Positions 48,244-60,602 of a stretch of 64,000 nt of DNA are shown here, piece after piece (the stretch's first letter is position 1; every line of letters starts with the position of its first letter). The notes under the pieces were generated by a model, which did no database searches, had not been told where the DNA came from, and saw only the letters and a program-made list of their open reading frames with translations. Source of the stretch: Heteronotia binoei (lineage: Eukaryota); assembly GCF_032191835.1 (NCBI RefSeq), contig NC_083238.1:18228001-18292000 (forward strand), written 5' to 3'. Made by a program: the position numbers and the translations under genes.

Positions 48244-48354
48244 ATGGCCCTGGGAGAAACTGATTCCAACTATTGCACAATGAAATGCAATGCAATGAAA
48301 TGAAACTCCACAATCACAAGGACACAAAACTGCACCACTGCAGCAAGTACAAAA

Positions 48355-49008
48355 CTGTATTTATTTCATTATTTAGATTTATATTCTGTCCTCCCCATGA
48401 GCAGGGTCAGGGCGGACTACATCAAACAATATACAATAAATTAATATAGTAGTTCAATAAGTTAAAACAGTCAAAACATCAATTTAAAACGAACAGCCAC
48501 TGACTAAGATAAGACGAACCTGCTGGGTCATGAAAGAACAAGACTGGGCCTGATGGAGAGAAGGGCTCTGTTAAGAGAGGCCAGCTTGACTGGACATCCA
48601 CTGACTCAACCGAAGGCCTGGTGGAAAAGCTCCAATTTACAGGCCTTGTGAAACAGTAGAAATTCTGACAGGGCCCTGATCTCATGTGGGAGGGAGCATG
48701 TTCCACCAGGTGGTGCTTTCTGCCCTTGCCCTGGTTGTGGCTAAACAGACATCTTTCAGGCGAGGGACATGTGGCAGATGTTGGTTAGTTGAGCATAAGG
48801 CTCTTCAGGGCATATATGGGTAGAGGTGGTCCCTCGGGCATGTCAGTCCCAGGCCACACAGGGCTTTAAAGGTCAATGCCAGCACCTTGAAATGGATCCT
48901 GTACTCGATGGGTAGCCAGTGCGATTGGCTACCAGTACAACCTGCCAAATGCAAGCCCACACAGGCGATGTACTCACTGCATTTTGCACCAGCTGCTTGG
49001 TAGGTGTT
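48355..49008 (-). mobile_element. L2-clade LINE 3' part
   Basis: HWLPIEYRIHFKVLALTFKAL motif. Confidence 0.8.
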
Positions 49009-49582
49009 TGTCACGGGCTGGGTGCGGTCAGGAGCAAAGTACAAGTCTGGTCTGGGGTCGACCCAGGGGAATGTGAACCAAAGCCAAGTCAGGTAGTCAA
49101 GTTGGAAGTCAGAGAGCAAGGTCTTCTGGAGCCAAGAGTCAAGAATCCGAGGAATCCTGTCAGGAGCACGAGAGCCAGGGTGGATGCGAGGTCATTACGG
49201 ATGTGACTTGTTGCCTCTATGAGGAGCCCAGCCCCAAGCAGGGGGCTAAATGGGCCTCTGGCAATGTTCCAATTAGCACACAGTGAAGCTCCTGTCAGAA
49301 CAGGACTCAGTGACCATCTTCCCCACAGGCATGCGTCTCTCTAATGAGTCGCTAAGTACCAGCAGAGTCGCTCCCTCAGCCAAGCTACCCACAGAGGTGA
49401 GTCTGGCAGGCTTTCCACTTGCAGCTGAGCTCCTCAACTGCTGCCATGCCGGTGCAGGGAGTGCTGACTCAGGTGATAGCAAGCTGTCAGCTCCTGGAGC
49501 ATCAGAGGGGCTGGTTGCAGGCTCTGCTAGTGCTGTCAACTTAGGCGGGGGTCCAGCACGATCATCGCCATTGGCCGTGACA
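49009..49582. mobile_element. Solo LTR 1 (574 bp)
   Basis: TGTCACGG...CCGTGACA termini; 5-bp TSD GTGTT. Confidence 0.85.
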
Positions 49583-50007
49583 GTGTTCAACTATTATAGG
49601 TTTTTTTTTTTAAGTGCCCTACTGGCTGCCTATTAATTTCTGTGTTCAATTCAAGGCGCTTGCTGTTACTGAAAAACTAATAGAATTGAAGCCTTTTTGA
49701 TATCATCAAGAAGTATTTCACTATGTAGGGTTTTTAGAGCCTTCAGTGTCCTGGGACCAACATATCTGCAGGATCTAGGGTTGTCATTTGTGTGTTGGGA
49801 AATTCCTGGAGATTTGGAGGTAGATCCTGGGGAGGACAGGGTATGGGGAAGTGAGGGATCTGAGCTGGGTATAATTCCATAGAGTTCACCCTCCAAAGCA
49901 GCCAATTTTTCCAGTGAAACGGATCTCTGTACTCCAGAGATCAGTAGCAATTCAGGGAGAATTTACATGCTTACATGAAGTTGTCTTGTGCAGATTCAGA
50001 CCCTTAG

Positions 50008-50498
50008 TGTCAGCGAAGGGGCATTGAAGTTTCAACAATGAGCAGGCTTGGCTTTGTTAAAAACAAAGTTTCCTTTTATTGATTACAGCAATGCATTTCA
50101 CTACACAGGTTCGTTGATACTAATAACAAGAGGGGTGCAAGCATGAGCATATATGGATACACATCAAAGGATAGAGGTTTTAAATCATTTCCCATAATAA
50201 AACTGGGGCTTCTCTGTTGAGAAGAGCCAGGGCGCCTATCTGTTATCTCCCACCGACATAGCAGCCTCTCCTCCCCTGCAACAGTCTTGCTCGTCTCCAC
50301 TCATTCCTGCTGGGCGCCTGGGAACCGGCTAGATGTTTTACACTTCAAAAGCCTGTTGGCACTTCGGTTTCCCCCCTCCTGGCCACTTCTCACATTCCAC
50401 TATAATACTAGGGTTAGTATGGCAAAAGGCATGGGGTTAGTTAACAGTAAATAAACAGATCAGGCCACAAAGTAGACTTCAGTGTATACAAGCTGACA
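50008..50498 (-). mobile_element. Solo LTR 2 (491 bp)
   Basis: TGTCAGC...GCTGACA; TSD CTTAG; minus-strand AATAAA near 50075. Confidence 0.85.
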
Positions 50499-51399
50499 CT
50501 TAGTGCATCAAAGTCTATTCTGAGTAGTAGCAGCTATCCAGGGTGTCAGGTAGATTCAGGGCCAGCACCAGAGTTCCTGGCACCCTAGGCCCTGCCCCCA
50601 CCCCCGCTCCAGGCAGAACTGAGAAGGTGAAGCCACTGTGTTATTGGGGGTTTTTTGGGGAGGCAGTGAAAAACTGATTTTATTTCTGTAGGTATTTCTG
50701 TGAATTTGGGCTCTCTGATGTTCTAGCTTTCAGGATTGGATTGAGAACTGGTTCTTTGCTATATGTGATATCAACTATGATTTTTTTTTAAATCTCTGTT
50801 TTATTGTGTTTTTAAAAGGAAAACACAGCACTTGAAGGATAAAATTTCATTTGTAATAACTTTTCAATGAACAATAACCTTGAAGCAAAGGATTATCATT
50901 CTGCAGGGGTTTAATGGTTCCTGATGTCTTGTTTCAGAATGCACAGAACCTAAAGATTTAAAATCTAATTTGCCAGCCTTTGAGTATTGTGGATGTTAAA
51001 GACCAGAAATTTCATTCTTCTGCTGGCAAACATCTGATACAATGAAGTGAAATTTTCAAAGTGCATTTGAGTACAGAATGACAAATTGCTAAAGCCATAA
51101 GCAGTTCAATCCTAGTGGGAAAAAGGGTCATTTACTGTCCATTTCTGGACAGTAAAAAATTAGGGCATTTGGAAACAGCAGATGAATATTAAAGCAGATG
51201 AACAATTTTGCAGAAATGAATGACAAACATGAGTTTAAAAACAGCAAGCCTTAGGGATGGCGACTTACTGGTTCTTTTGCATTGTTTGAGTGCTGTCAAG
51301 ATATGGCTCCTGATGGTTGGAGAGGCAGAATACACAGAAACAGATAGCATCCAAGTAACATCCAACAGTGGCATGTTGCCCAGGCTGAAGAAATGCAGC

Positions 51400-52330
51400 C
51401 AAGCACTCTAGAGAAAGCAACATAATGTAATTGTCCCTCTGGAGTTGCAGAACTAACAAAGTTCTGGTCTGTGGTATTAGTATATCAGCTTCAACTGCCT
51501 CTTGTTTATTCTTTCAACCAATAGCCCTGGCAGAAGAAGTAAAGGAAGAATGTCTGATCCCCCAGATTCTAAGCTCTATGGTATCTGATATTTGCAATAT
51601 ATACAAATGCAATTGCCAACTTTTAAAGTGGTCCTTCCAATTGTGCCTTCAACATCAGTTTCACATGCGAGCAGTTCTCATTTGATGTTGTTTAGCTCCA
51701 TGTCATGAAAAGCTTCAACTGTCCATTTCTGCATATGGGACATGGAAGCTATCCAAACATCTTTCCTTCTTGCATTGTTTGGCACTCCCAGATGTGTGCC
51801 TTCATCAGTCCTGAATCCTGAAGTTGGCATGGAACAGCTTTCCACTTCTGCTTTATTCGCTGCTCTAAAATTTAGATTATTTTTATACTTTTCTCAGTTC
51901 CTCCCTCTCGTTTTGCTTTGGTCACATGCCAATTCCTTTGTAACTCCATGGTGCTTGTTTCTGGATTCTAAAATCATAGGACTAGAGTTTTCCCTCTAAC
52001 ATTTGTCTGAATTAGGCTTTGACAGAGCTTGTACTCTGATTTTTAAAAAGCTCGAAGTATTAGGCTGGAGTCACCAAATGAATTTACTTTCCACTGTTCC
52101 TGGGTTTTACTCTTTCAAGACCATTTGTCAGTAATAAGTATCTCTTATGGTTCTTTCTTATCATGATCTCTTCTCCCTGGCCCATTTCAATGCATTATCA
52201 ATTGATGATCTTGCGGGAAGATTTTCTAACATGCCATGCGGTCAAAGGATCTGTTCTTGCAGTTTGGAGGTGCTTGAAACCCTGACACACTTTTCTTGAC
52301 ATGTAAATTCTTTGGCAGTTTATGAACTTC
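51400..52330 (+). mobile_element. Highly degenerate non-LTR retrotransposon 3' region, clade uncertain
   Basis: EAIQTSFLLALFGTPRCVP resembles LINE ORF2 thumb motifs. Confidence 0.45.
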
Positions 52331-52373
52331 TCTGATAACTCTCCTCCTTGTAATATCTCCCAGCTGCTTAGAG

Positions 52374-52857
52374 TGTCAGGCATGGGTTCATTGAAGCTCA
52401 CAAGAACGCAGACTTAGTAGTTTAAAACAAAGTTGCATTTATTGGATACTTCAGAGTTACTCCAGGCAAGCAGGTAAATTGGAACTGATAGAGACTGTTT
52501 CAATCTATAGCTATTTATCCTCTACTTCAAAGCATTCACATCTACCCCACAGTTCCCAAAACAATAGGCTGCTTTTGCATGTGAAACATTCCCAGCGCTT
52601 CCCCCTTATCTCTTCCGTTGGTGGTTACATTGCCCAGAAGCGCTGGCCTTGGAACCTCCAGAGAGGAGGTGAGAAGCTGGCACCTACGGATGGCTTCAAA
52701 GACTTTTGGCAACCTTTGATAGTCCTGGGAAACGGTTCTCTACTCTTCCCCCCTCCCTCCTAGCTGACCCCGTTTCTGGTTAGTAAGAATCCCCCTGCAT
52801 ATTTGATTATGGTTAGTAGCAATGATTAATGACATAATGAATGAACAGAGCCTGGCA
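52374..52857 (-). mobile_element. Solo LTR 3 (484 bp)
   Basis: TGTCAGG...CCTGGCA (one mismatch); TSD TAGAG; minus-strand AATAAA near 52440. Confidence 0.8.
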
Positions 52858-53251
52858 TAGAGGACTACCACCTACTCAGTCTTCTGCCTGGAAATGAAAA
52901 TCACATCTATCTGGAAGTTGCCAAATATATCTCACCTGCACTAAAAATTTTTAGCTACTGCCATTAATTCAGTGCCTAGTTAAGTACAGAGTGGTTCTGT
53001 GGCTATTTTTGATTCAATATTTTCAATTATATATTCAATGTTTACTTCTTCCTAAAGTGCTGGATGTTCTTTTTTCTGCATGTATTTCAACTATTGTTAT
53101 ATTATTTTATTCAAAAGCCTATGTGCTGGGCAGATTTCCTTGAATAAATGAAATGAATGAATGCATAATAAGCCTCTGTTAAAGAAACAGGGCAATTACT
53201 TTCTGGCCAGCTGGCAGCCTTGTATACAAATCTCTGTATGAAATTCAAGTA

Positions 53252-53255
53252 TCAT

Positions 53256-53330
<75 letters not shown>

Positions 53331-53460
53331 TTATTTGTATCCCGCCCTTCCCACAAGTGGCTCAGGGCGGCTCCCAACAATTAGTCAAACATAAAATTAA
53401 AACAAATATTTAAATATATAAACAATTAAAACATTTAGAACAGTTAAAACCTTAAAACCA
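53252..53460 (-). mobile_element. L2 3' tail with long (TTTA)n microsatellite (53252-53335)
   Basis: Direct reading; same tail family as 23555-23640. Confidence 0.8.
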
Positions 53461-53820
53461 TCACCATCAGATGTGTGCATGAAGCATAAAATATCACTTT
53501 TTTTTTATAACAAAGAGTTTGCAGCGCATTAAAGACATTTATTGTGTCATAAACTTTCATCAGGCAAGTGGGCTCTGCCTCATAACAGCTTGAAACACAA
53601 TAGGAATACAGTCTCGGCCTGGGGTCTTGTCTGATTTCATAGCGGCAATGAGTTACAGGACTCTGTCATTTTGGACGCAGCAGCACTTGGATTTTTAATC
53701 CATTTTTCTTCCAATGAACTCAGGGAGTCATGAGTGATTCTTCTTTCTTCTACTTTAGCTTCACAGTTCCTCTATGAAGTAAATTAGGCTGAGAGAGATG
53801 GACTTGCCTGAGGTCACCTC

Positions 53821-54006
53821 CAGTGTTCCCTCTAAGCTGAGTTAGTGTGAGATTTTTAGCCTACAGCTCACACATTTTTTGTCTTAGCTCGGGAAAAATG
53901 GCCCCAGAGAGCATAATAATTTATACAGTAGCTCACAACTTTGATGCCAGTAGCTCACAAAGTAGAATTTTTGCTCCCAAGACTCTGCAGCTTAGTGGGG
54001 ACATTG
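53821..54006. mobile_element. hAT-type MITE nested in an old MIR-like SINE (~53720-54095)
   Basis: TIR CAGTGTTCCCTCTAAGCTG; perfect 8-bp TSD GTCACCTC. Confidence 0.85.
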
Positions 54007-54559
54007 GTCACCTCTGTGCTTCATGGTGGACAGAGATTTGAGCCTGGTTCTCTCCACTCCTAGTTCAAAACTCTAGCGACCACACCTTGAAAAGTGTTCT
54101 AGGGAACCCTTGTTTTCTTTCATAAGGGTGTCTTGTTTTGAAAGCAGATTAAGCCACTTCACTCAAGGAAGTCTCAGGAGGCAAACCCTTTGCAGTCCCA
54201 AAACCACATGGAGAGACATAATAAATTCAATTCTGGTATCCAATTTAACAGGGACATGAAGCCATCTCTATAGCTGAAAAGCAGGAATTAGCTGAGATTG
54301 CATCTCCAAGACTTACCACTCTACCACTCTGCCTTTTCTGTGACATAGGTTCCTCATTTGCCCTACTATTTGGTTAGTTAAAGAGTGGAACTATGTAGTT
54401 ATATTATTGTCTTAACAAATGTTTGTTTGTTTTTACTGACTTCAGCTATCGGAGCTGCAATTCAAAGGGAAGACAAGAGTGAGGAGGGAAATGAGCTTTT
54501 AAATCCTTTCCTCCATGCCATTTTCTCATAAAAAATGAAAATATTTTTATTCAAATTGG

Positions 54560-55600
54560 GGGAAGTTTCATAGAAGTACTCTGTAGAGCATCTCTGTTTC
54601 TCCCTTGGGTGTGCCAGCTCCAGAAATCTAAGCGCAGAGACTGGGGGAGGCAATCAAATCAAAAATAGCAATCATGGGTCCATTCCCATGTTGGCTAATT
54701 TGTTCTATAAAAGAGATCTATCGGTGGAGTCAAATGCACCCCATAGATCTATAAAGGCTGCATATAGTTTGCCTTTTAAGTGCATGGAATATTTCTCAGC
54801 CGAAAAAGCAAGTACAAGGGAGTGGTTAAGGGCAGAATGTCCAGGACAGAAACCCACTTGCTCTTTGCCTAGAAGATTGTTTTTGGACATCAGAGAGGTG
54901 GTTCAAAAGGTGTTTGGAGTATAATTTCCCTAATACTGAAAGTGGACTTATAGGATGGTCATTGTCAGGAATTTTGGGGTTGCCTTTTTAAAAGACTGGG
55001 ACAATGACGGGAGTTAGCCAGGAGGCCAGTAATATCTCAAATTTGTCAACTAAAGTAAACAAGGAGGCTAATGGTTCTGTCCACCAATCTGGATTATTTT
55101 TTATGCGGTCAGTAGGAAAACTGACTCGGCCTGGGGTCTTGTCTGATTTCATAGAGGCAATGAGTTCAGAGATTTCTTCTTTGGAGACTGGAGGCCAAAC
55201 AGGCACCTAAGTTGGGATTGGCAAGTTACCAGGAAGGTCATGCAGTGCCAGATCCGATAGTAAATTAGAATAGTATACAATCCAATCAGAGGCTGGGATC
55301 GGAGAATGAATTGTATTATATGAGGAATTTGCTCGTGAAACCATCATCCAGAAATCTCTCATATTCCTTGTGTGGGAAGCATGCAACAGTCTGGACCAAT
55401 TCTTCAAGGCATGGGCTTGTCTTTTTTCCTTCCAGAAGGAGTTGACATCCTTTATTTTTGCCTTGAAGTAGAGAGCAGCTAGCTCTGGGGGAAAGTGGCA
55501 AAGATTTCTCTTCAGAGCCCAGCATTTAGAGTTGAACCAAGAGGAGGATCTTTTAGCATCTCTAGATTAAGGTGTCATTTTTGCTGGATCAATTAAAGAG
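54560..55600 (-). mobile_element. Degenerate LINE RT fragment, clade uncertain
   Basis: EQVGFCPG, LYAAFIDL..AFDS and EEISELIASMKSDKTPG motifs. Confidence 0.75.
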
Positions 55601-55610
55601 CTAATGATGT

Positions 55611-55692
55611 CTTAAGAACATAAGAGAAGCCATGTTGGATCAGGCCAATGGCCTGTGTGACACAGGCCTCTGTGTCACACAGTGGCCAAAAA

Positions 55693-55759
<67 letters not shown>

Positions 55760-56055
55760 GCTAATAGCCACTGATGGACCTGTGCTCCATATTTTTATCT
55801 AAACCCCTCTTGAAGGTGGCTATGCTTGTGGCCGCCACCACCTCCTGTGGCAGTGAATTCCACATGTTAATCACCCTTTGGGTGAAGAAGTACTTCCTTT
55901 TATCCGTTTTAACCTGTCTGCTCAGCAATTTCATCAAATGCCCACGAGTTCTTGTATTGTGAGAAAGGGAGAAAAGTACCTCTTTCTCTACTTTCTCCAT
56001 CCCATGCATTATCTTGTAAACTTCTATCATGTCACCCCGCAGTCGATGTTTCTTG
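55611..56055 (-). mobile_element. CR1 LINE 3' end with internal (TA)n (~55696-55756)
   Basis: RLRGDMIEVYKIMHG..FFTQRVINMWNSLP..FKRGLD; TAAGAACATAAG tail. Confidence 0.92.
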
Positions 56056-56582
56056 TTATGCGACGTCTTGTTATGCGACAATGACGTTTGATGGAAGTTC
56101 AGCTTGGAGGATGGTTTGCTTTAGGAGTAGGGCTTTAGGAGAAGTAGACCATTGCTTAACCAGGTCCCTGAGGTTGCAGGACCGTATTAGTCTTGAATGA
56201 ATTAGAGGAGATGTTTCCATCGGAGACTCCAACGATGAAGAAGATTCCATCAATAAAGGCATGGTTTGAAGAAGGGAGGGACCACAGCGGGTTGTAATAT
56301 CACAAAGTCCTTCCTCCAAAACAGTCATTTTCTCCAGGACAACCAATCTGTGTAGTCTAGAGATCAACTGGAAATCCAGCAGGTTTCCAGGACCACCTGG
56401 AGATTGGGAACCCTATTCTTTCTCTATCTATGTTACTGATTATAGTGCAGACACATTATTATGAAGGCAATGTCACATGCACTGGGGGGGGGGGAGGATA
56501 GATTTCCTATATTCCTACCCCACCCTTATCTGCAGCACCGTCAGCATGATGCAGACAAAATAGCACATCTGTCTGATCTCCC

Positions 56583-57025
56583 TGTCAATGCTTATAATTC
56601 TGGCCAGGCCTGCACCTAACTTTGGCTCAGGGGAAGAGCATCCTGGGTAAAGCCAAACTGTATTACACTGCTGCTAGCTTAAACTCACCTTACCCCCCCT
56701 CCTTTTCTTTGTTATGTAGCCTTGCTTTGAAATGGGAATATGTGAACGGTTTATCTGTGCCTTCTCAGGCTTGGCACCGGGAGAGGTTGGAGCCAGAGAT
56801 GCTCAAGGCCAAACCGGGCCTGAGAACGAAGTTGTAACATCAATGTGTGAATGTGCCATGCATAGTACCCCTCCCTCAAGAATCCCTTTGAAGTGTACCT
56901 TATATGATTGCATTCTACTGTATAGTCTTTAGTCTTTCAATCTTACTGTAGTCGAGAACCATGATATCAATAAACTAGTTACTTTGTTTCAACGAAGACT
57001 CGTTATTGAATCTGCCGACTTGACA
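56583..57025 (+). mobile_element. Solo LTR 4 (443 bp)
   Basis: TGTCAA...TTGACA; TSD CTCCC; AATAAA near 56970. Confidence 0.85.
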
Positions 57026-58169
57026 CTCCCATGACCCCAATTTTGCTGTGCTGCCTTGGATCCCTAAGGTGCGCTTGACTCTGTGCTAGCAAGCACCACA
57101 CTAGGTAAAATGGCGGAAACAAACTGGAGCCACAGTTTCCATAGAAACAAGGGCTTTCCCAGGTCAAATAGTCAGCAACATGATTGGTGTAAGGGTATGC
57201 TTTGGAAAAACACACCCATCAGCACAATCTTCTTCAGTGGCAAGATCTGTGTAAATTTGCTGATTGGAAAAGCCCCTAGCAGTTGCTGATTGGGAAAAAT
57301 CCCCTCCCCCTCTTCTACATATCTGTTGAGTCACCACCATAAATACCAGACAAACATGCCCTAGAATATGGCACTGATCCAAATGTTATATTATATATAA
57401 TATAGTTATTTTAAATTATGCCCTGGTTACAATAATAAAATTTACAATCATGGTCTTCTTTTTTTAATTAGTTAATTAGGTAATATTTCAATGCACATGC
57501 CTAATAAACGCATACAGATTTCAAACACACATTTTTGCCTTACGCATACCAAGGCTTTTGGAGCTCTGAAAGTAATTTCTGTAATGCAGTTATTGGGTTT
57601 CCTGTCTGCTGCCTTTTTCTTCCATCCGTTTCTCTCTTTCTATTGAAACGAACATTCTAATTTGCTTTTATCTCCCTGAATGTTAAGAAGATGGATTTTT
57701 AATTATGTTTGTATTGTATGTTTAATTTGGTTTCCTATTTTACACTGTTCCCCCTTAAGCACTCCTCTACTTACGGCAGAAATGAAATTATTATAAAACG
57801 TTAAGATACATAAAATATTCAAAATCCATTTTAGACTTAAACTTATAAACCTTCTGCAAATGTATCCTTTCAAATAGTGAATGTGCTTCAGTCTGCTTCC
57901 AAATGCTAAAGGGATGAGCAAACGGCTTCAGCGCCAAAGCTTAATTTCAGAAAAGCAAGTTCGGACAGTAAGGAAGCAAAGCGTTTATTCCTGTGATGGG
58001 GTGGGGGTTCCCCTGAAGAAAGGGTGGAGGGAACAACACCTCTGTGTGCTTTCCTCTGACAATTACCTTTTCAGCTGTCTTCAGGGGAATCAGGCACAAA
58101 ATTCCCATTACAGTAAAAGAAGTCATCTCTTGCCCTATTCTTAGGGTGAGCAGCTGCATTAGTGTTTCG

Positions 58170-58305
58170 ATGCACAAGACGAAGTGTGCTTCTAGAGCAC
58201 GAAAGCTTACATTCTGAATAAAACTTTATTGGTCTTAAAGGTGCTACCGGACTCCCAGCTTGTTCTTTTGCTTCAGACCAACACAGCTGGCCACCTGGAT
58301 CTATC
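58170..58305 (+). mobile_element. Penelope-like pLTR fragment with degenerate hammerhead-ribozyme core
   Basis: (AA)GACGAA-GT-GTGCT..AGCAC-GAAA-GCTTAC arrangement followed by AATAAA..TTGGTCTTAAAGGTGCTAC. Confidence 0.55.
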
Positions 58306-58619
58306 TAGGTGCACAAGTGTGAGACCCCGGAATTTCTGAAACAGGAGGAGGGAATCGACTTTAAAAATTGTAAATGTGCTATTGTCTCACTTACTTCAGG
58401 AATGCAGAAGGACGACAAAGAGAGAGAATCTCATTGGCATACTTTAAACAACCAAATCATGTCTGAGGAGAATGCAAGTAAGGAACATGACTGAGAATGT
58501 GAAGTTGCTAAGAATAAACCACTAGAGGCAAGGTTAGGACAGCAAACCACTTAGAAGAACAACTTCTTTGGTGTTCAGTGTCACACAGGATTGTATAAAA
58601 CAATGATATCTGTTGTAGA

Positions 58620-59112
58620 GAGCCAGTTTGGTGTAGTGGTTAAGTGTGCGGACTCTTATCTGGGAGAACCGGGTTTGATTCCCCACTCCTCCACTTTCAC
58701 CTGCTAGCATGGCCTTGGGTCAGCCATAGTTCTGGCAGAGGTTGTCCTTGAAAGGGCAGCTGCTGTGAGAGCCCTCTCCAGCCCCACCCACCTCACAGGG
58801 TGTCTGTTGTGGGGGAGGAAGGTAAAGGAGATTGTGAGCCGCTCTGAGACTGTGTCCTTGAAAGGGCAGCTGCTGTGAAAACCCTCTCAGCCCCACCCAC
58901 CTCACAGGGTGTCTGTTGTGGGGGAGGAAGGGAAAGGAGATTGTGAGCCGCTCTGAGACTCTTTGGAGTGGAGGGCGGGATATAAATCCAATATCTTCAT
59001 CTACCTCACAGGGTGTCTGTTGTGGGGGAGGAAGGTAAAGGAGATTGTGAGCCGCTCTGAGACTCTTCGGAGTGGAGGGCGGGATATAAATCCAATATCT
59101 TCTTCTTCTTCT
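58620..59112 (+). mobile_element. Squam3-like SINE with duplicated 3' modules
   Basis: Head at 58620; junction ATCTTCATCTACCTCACAGG at ~58993. Confidence 0.9.
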
Positions 59113-59639
59113 GTATTGTAATGTAATACCGAGTTACATTACAAAATATTATTTAATGACAACCACATTCCTGGAACTGTAAAATGTCGGTCAAATTGAC
59201 CCATGCTGAAACATGGAATTAAACAGCTGAATTGCCTCAACAGTCACGTCAAGGTAATATTTGGATTGCAGCCTTCGGAGTGCAGACAGCTTTGGAAAAT
59301 CAATCAGGGAATCTGACCTGAAATTTTGAACTATATCCACTCTCAGAAGCCTTGAAAAATGATCCTGCGAGTACTCAAAAATACTACCTGAAGAATACTA
59401 TCTTGTGCGAATGGTATGCTTTGTGTAAGGAAATGCATAATGAATGTATTACAGTCCTCTACCAGATGCTTGCACAGGGGACCTTTCCTTTCCTTTCCAG
59501 TCCAGATATCCAGTAAGCCTGTTGTTGGCTTTATTGTTTGGGATTGAGCAGTAGGAGACACCCCTGAAAGTAGTAGTCTTGGGAGGAATGAGTGACAGGG
59601 TAGTATGGCTGTTTTATACAATGTGTTGTTTCACCCGAT

Positions 59640-59911
59640 TCAGGTGGTTTGGTGTAGTGGTTAAGTGTGTGGACTGTTATCTGGGAGAACTGGGTTTGAT
59701 TCCGCACTCCTCCACTTGCAACTGCTGGAATGGCTTTGGGTTAGCCATAGGTCTCGCAGAGTGGTCCTTGAAAGGGCAGCTTCTGTGAGAGATCTCTCAG
59801 CCCCACCCACCTCACAGGGTGTTTGTTATGGGGAAAGAAGATAAAGGAGATCGTGAGCTGCTCGGAGACTCAGATTTGGAGTGGAGGGTGGAACATAAAT
59901 CCAGTATCATC

Positions 59912-59962
<51 letters not shown>

Positions 59963-59975
59963 TTCTTCTTCTTCT
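59640..59975 (+). mobile_element. Older Squam3-like SINE ending in (CAT)n/(CTT)n/(CTA)n microsatellite
   Basis: Direct reading. Confidence 0.85.
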
Positions 59976-60338
59976 ACTACTACTACACAGAATGAGTAGC
60001 AGAGAGAGTGGTGGCACAAGAAGACATGCAGGGATACATGGTAGTGCTCACTGTGTCCTAGTTGGGGAAATTTAGGTAGTGAAGTTTGTTCAAGTGGCTC
60101 CACTTTGGCCATGATGCTGTATAATGCCAGCTCCATGAACAATAAGATCTCAGTCATAGCTGACCTCTTGTTTAATGAACAGGTAGAACAAACATACTTG
60201 GCTTGCTTAACTGTAAACTGGTTGGATGAATCTGATGTTGTCCTTTTGATATCAACTGGGTATAAGGTCCTTCACCAACGATGAACTGGAGGGAAGAAGT
60301 TGGGGTAGGTGGATATAAATTATTTTCTATAACTCTTT

Positions 60339-60602
60339 GACCGATTTCACACGTACCTTACGCCGCTCTCACATTCCTCTTCTCAGCGTGGCTTTCTTCC
60401 GATTTCCCACTATCTGTCCCGGGGCTGCAGCAAGTGTCATCGTTTTCATGCAGCAAACAGAAACCACTAAAAACCAGGTTCTGTTTGCTGCACGAAAATG
60501 CCGATCCTTGCTGCAGCCTCAGGCCAGATAGTGGGAAATTGGAAGAAAGCTGCGCTGAGAAGACAAACGTGAGAGTGGCATAAGGTGAGTGAGAAATCAG
60601 TC
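60339..60602. mobile_element. Diverged palindromic Harbinger-type MITE
   Basis: GACCGATTTC...GAAATCAGTC termini and internal symmetry. Confidence 0.65.

Noticed and set aside
49273-49636. Overlapping 105-117 aa ORFs
   Set aside because: They lie within a GC-rich solo LTR; no coding motifs.
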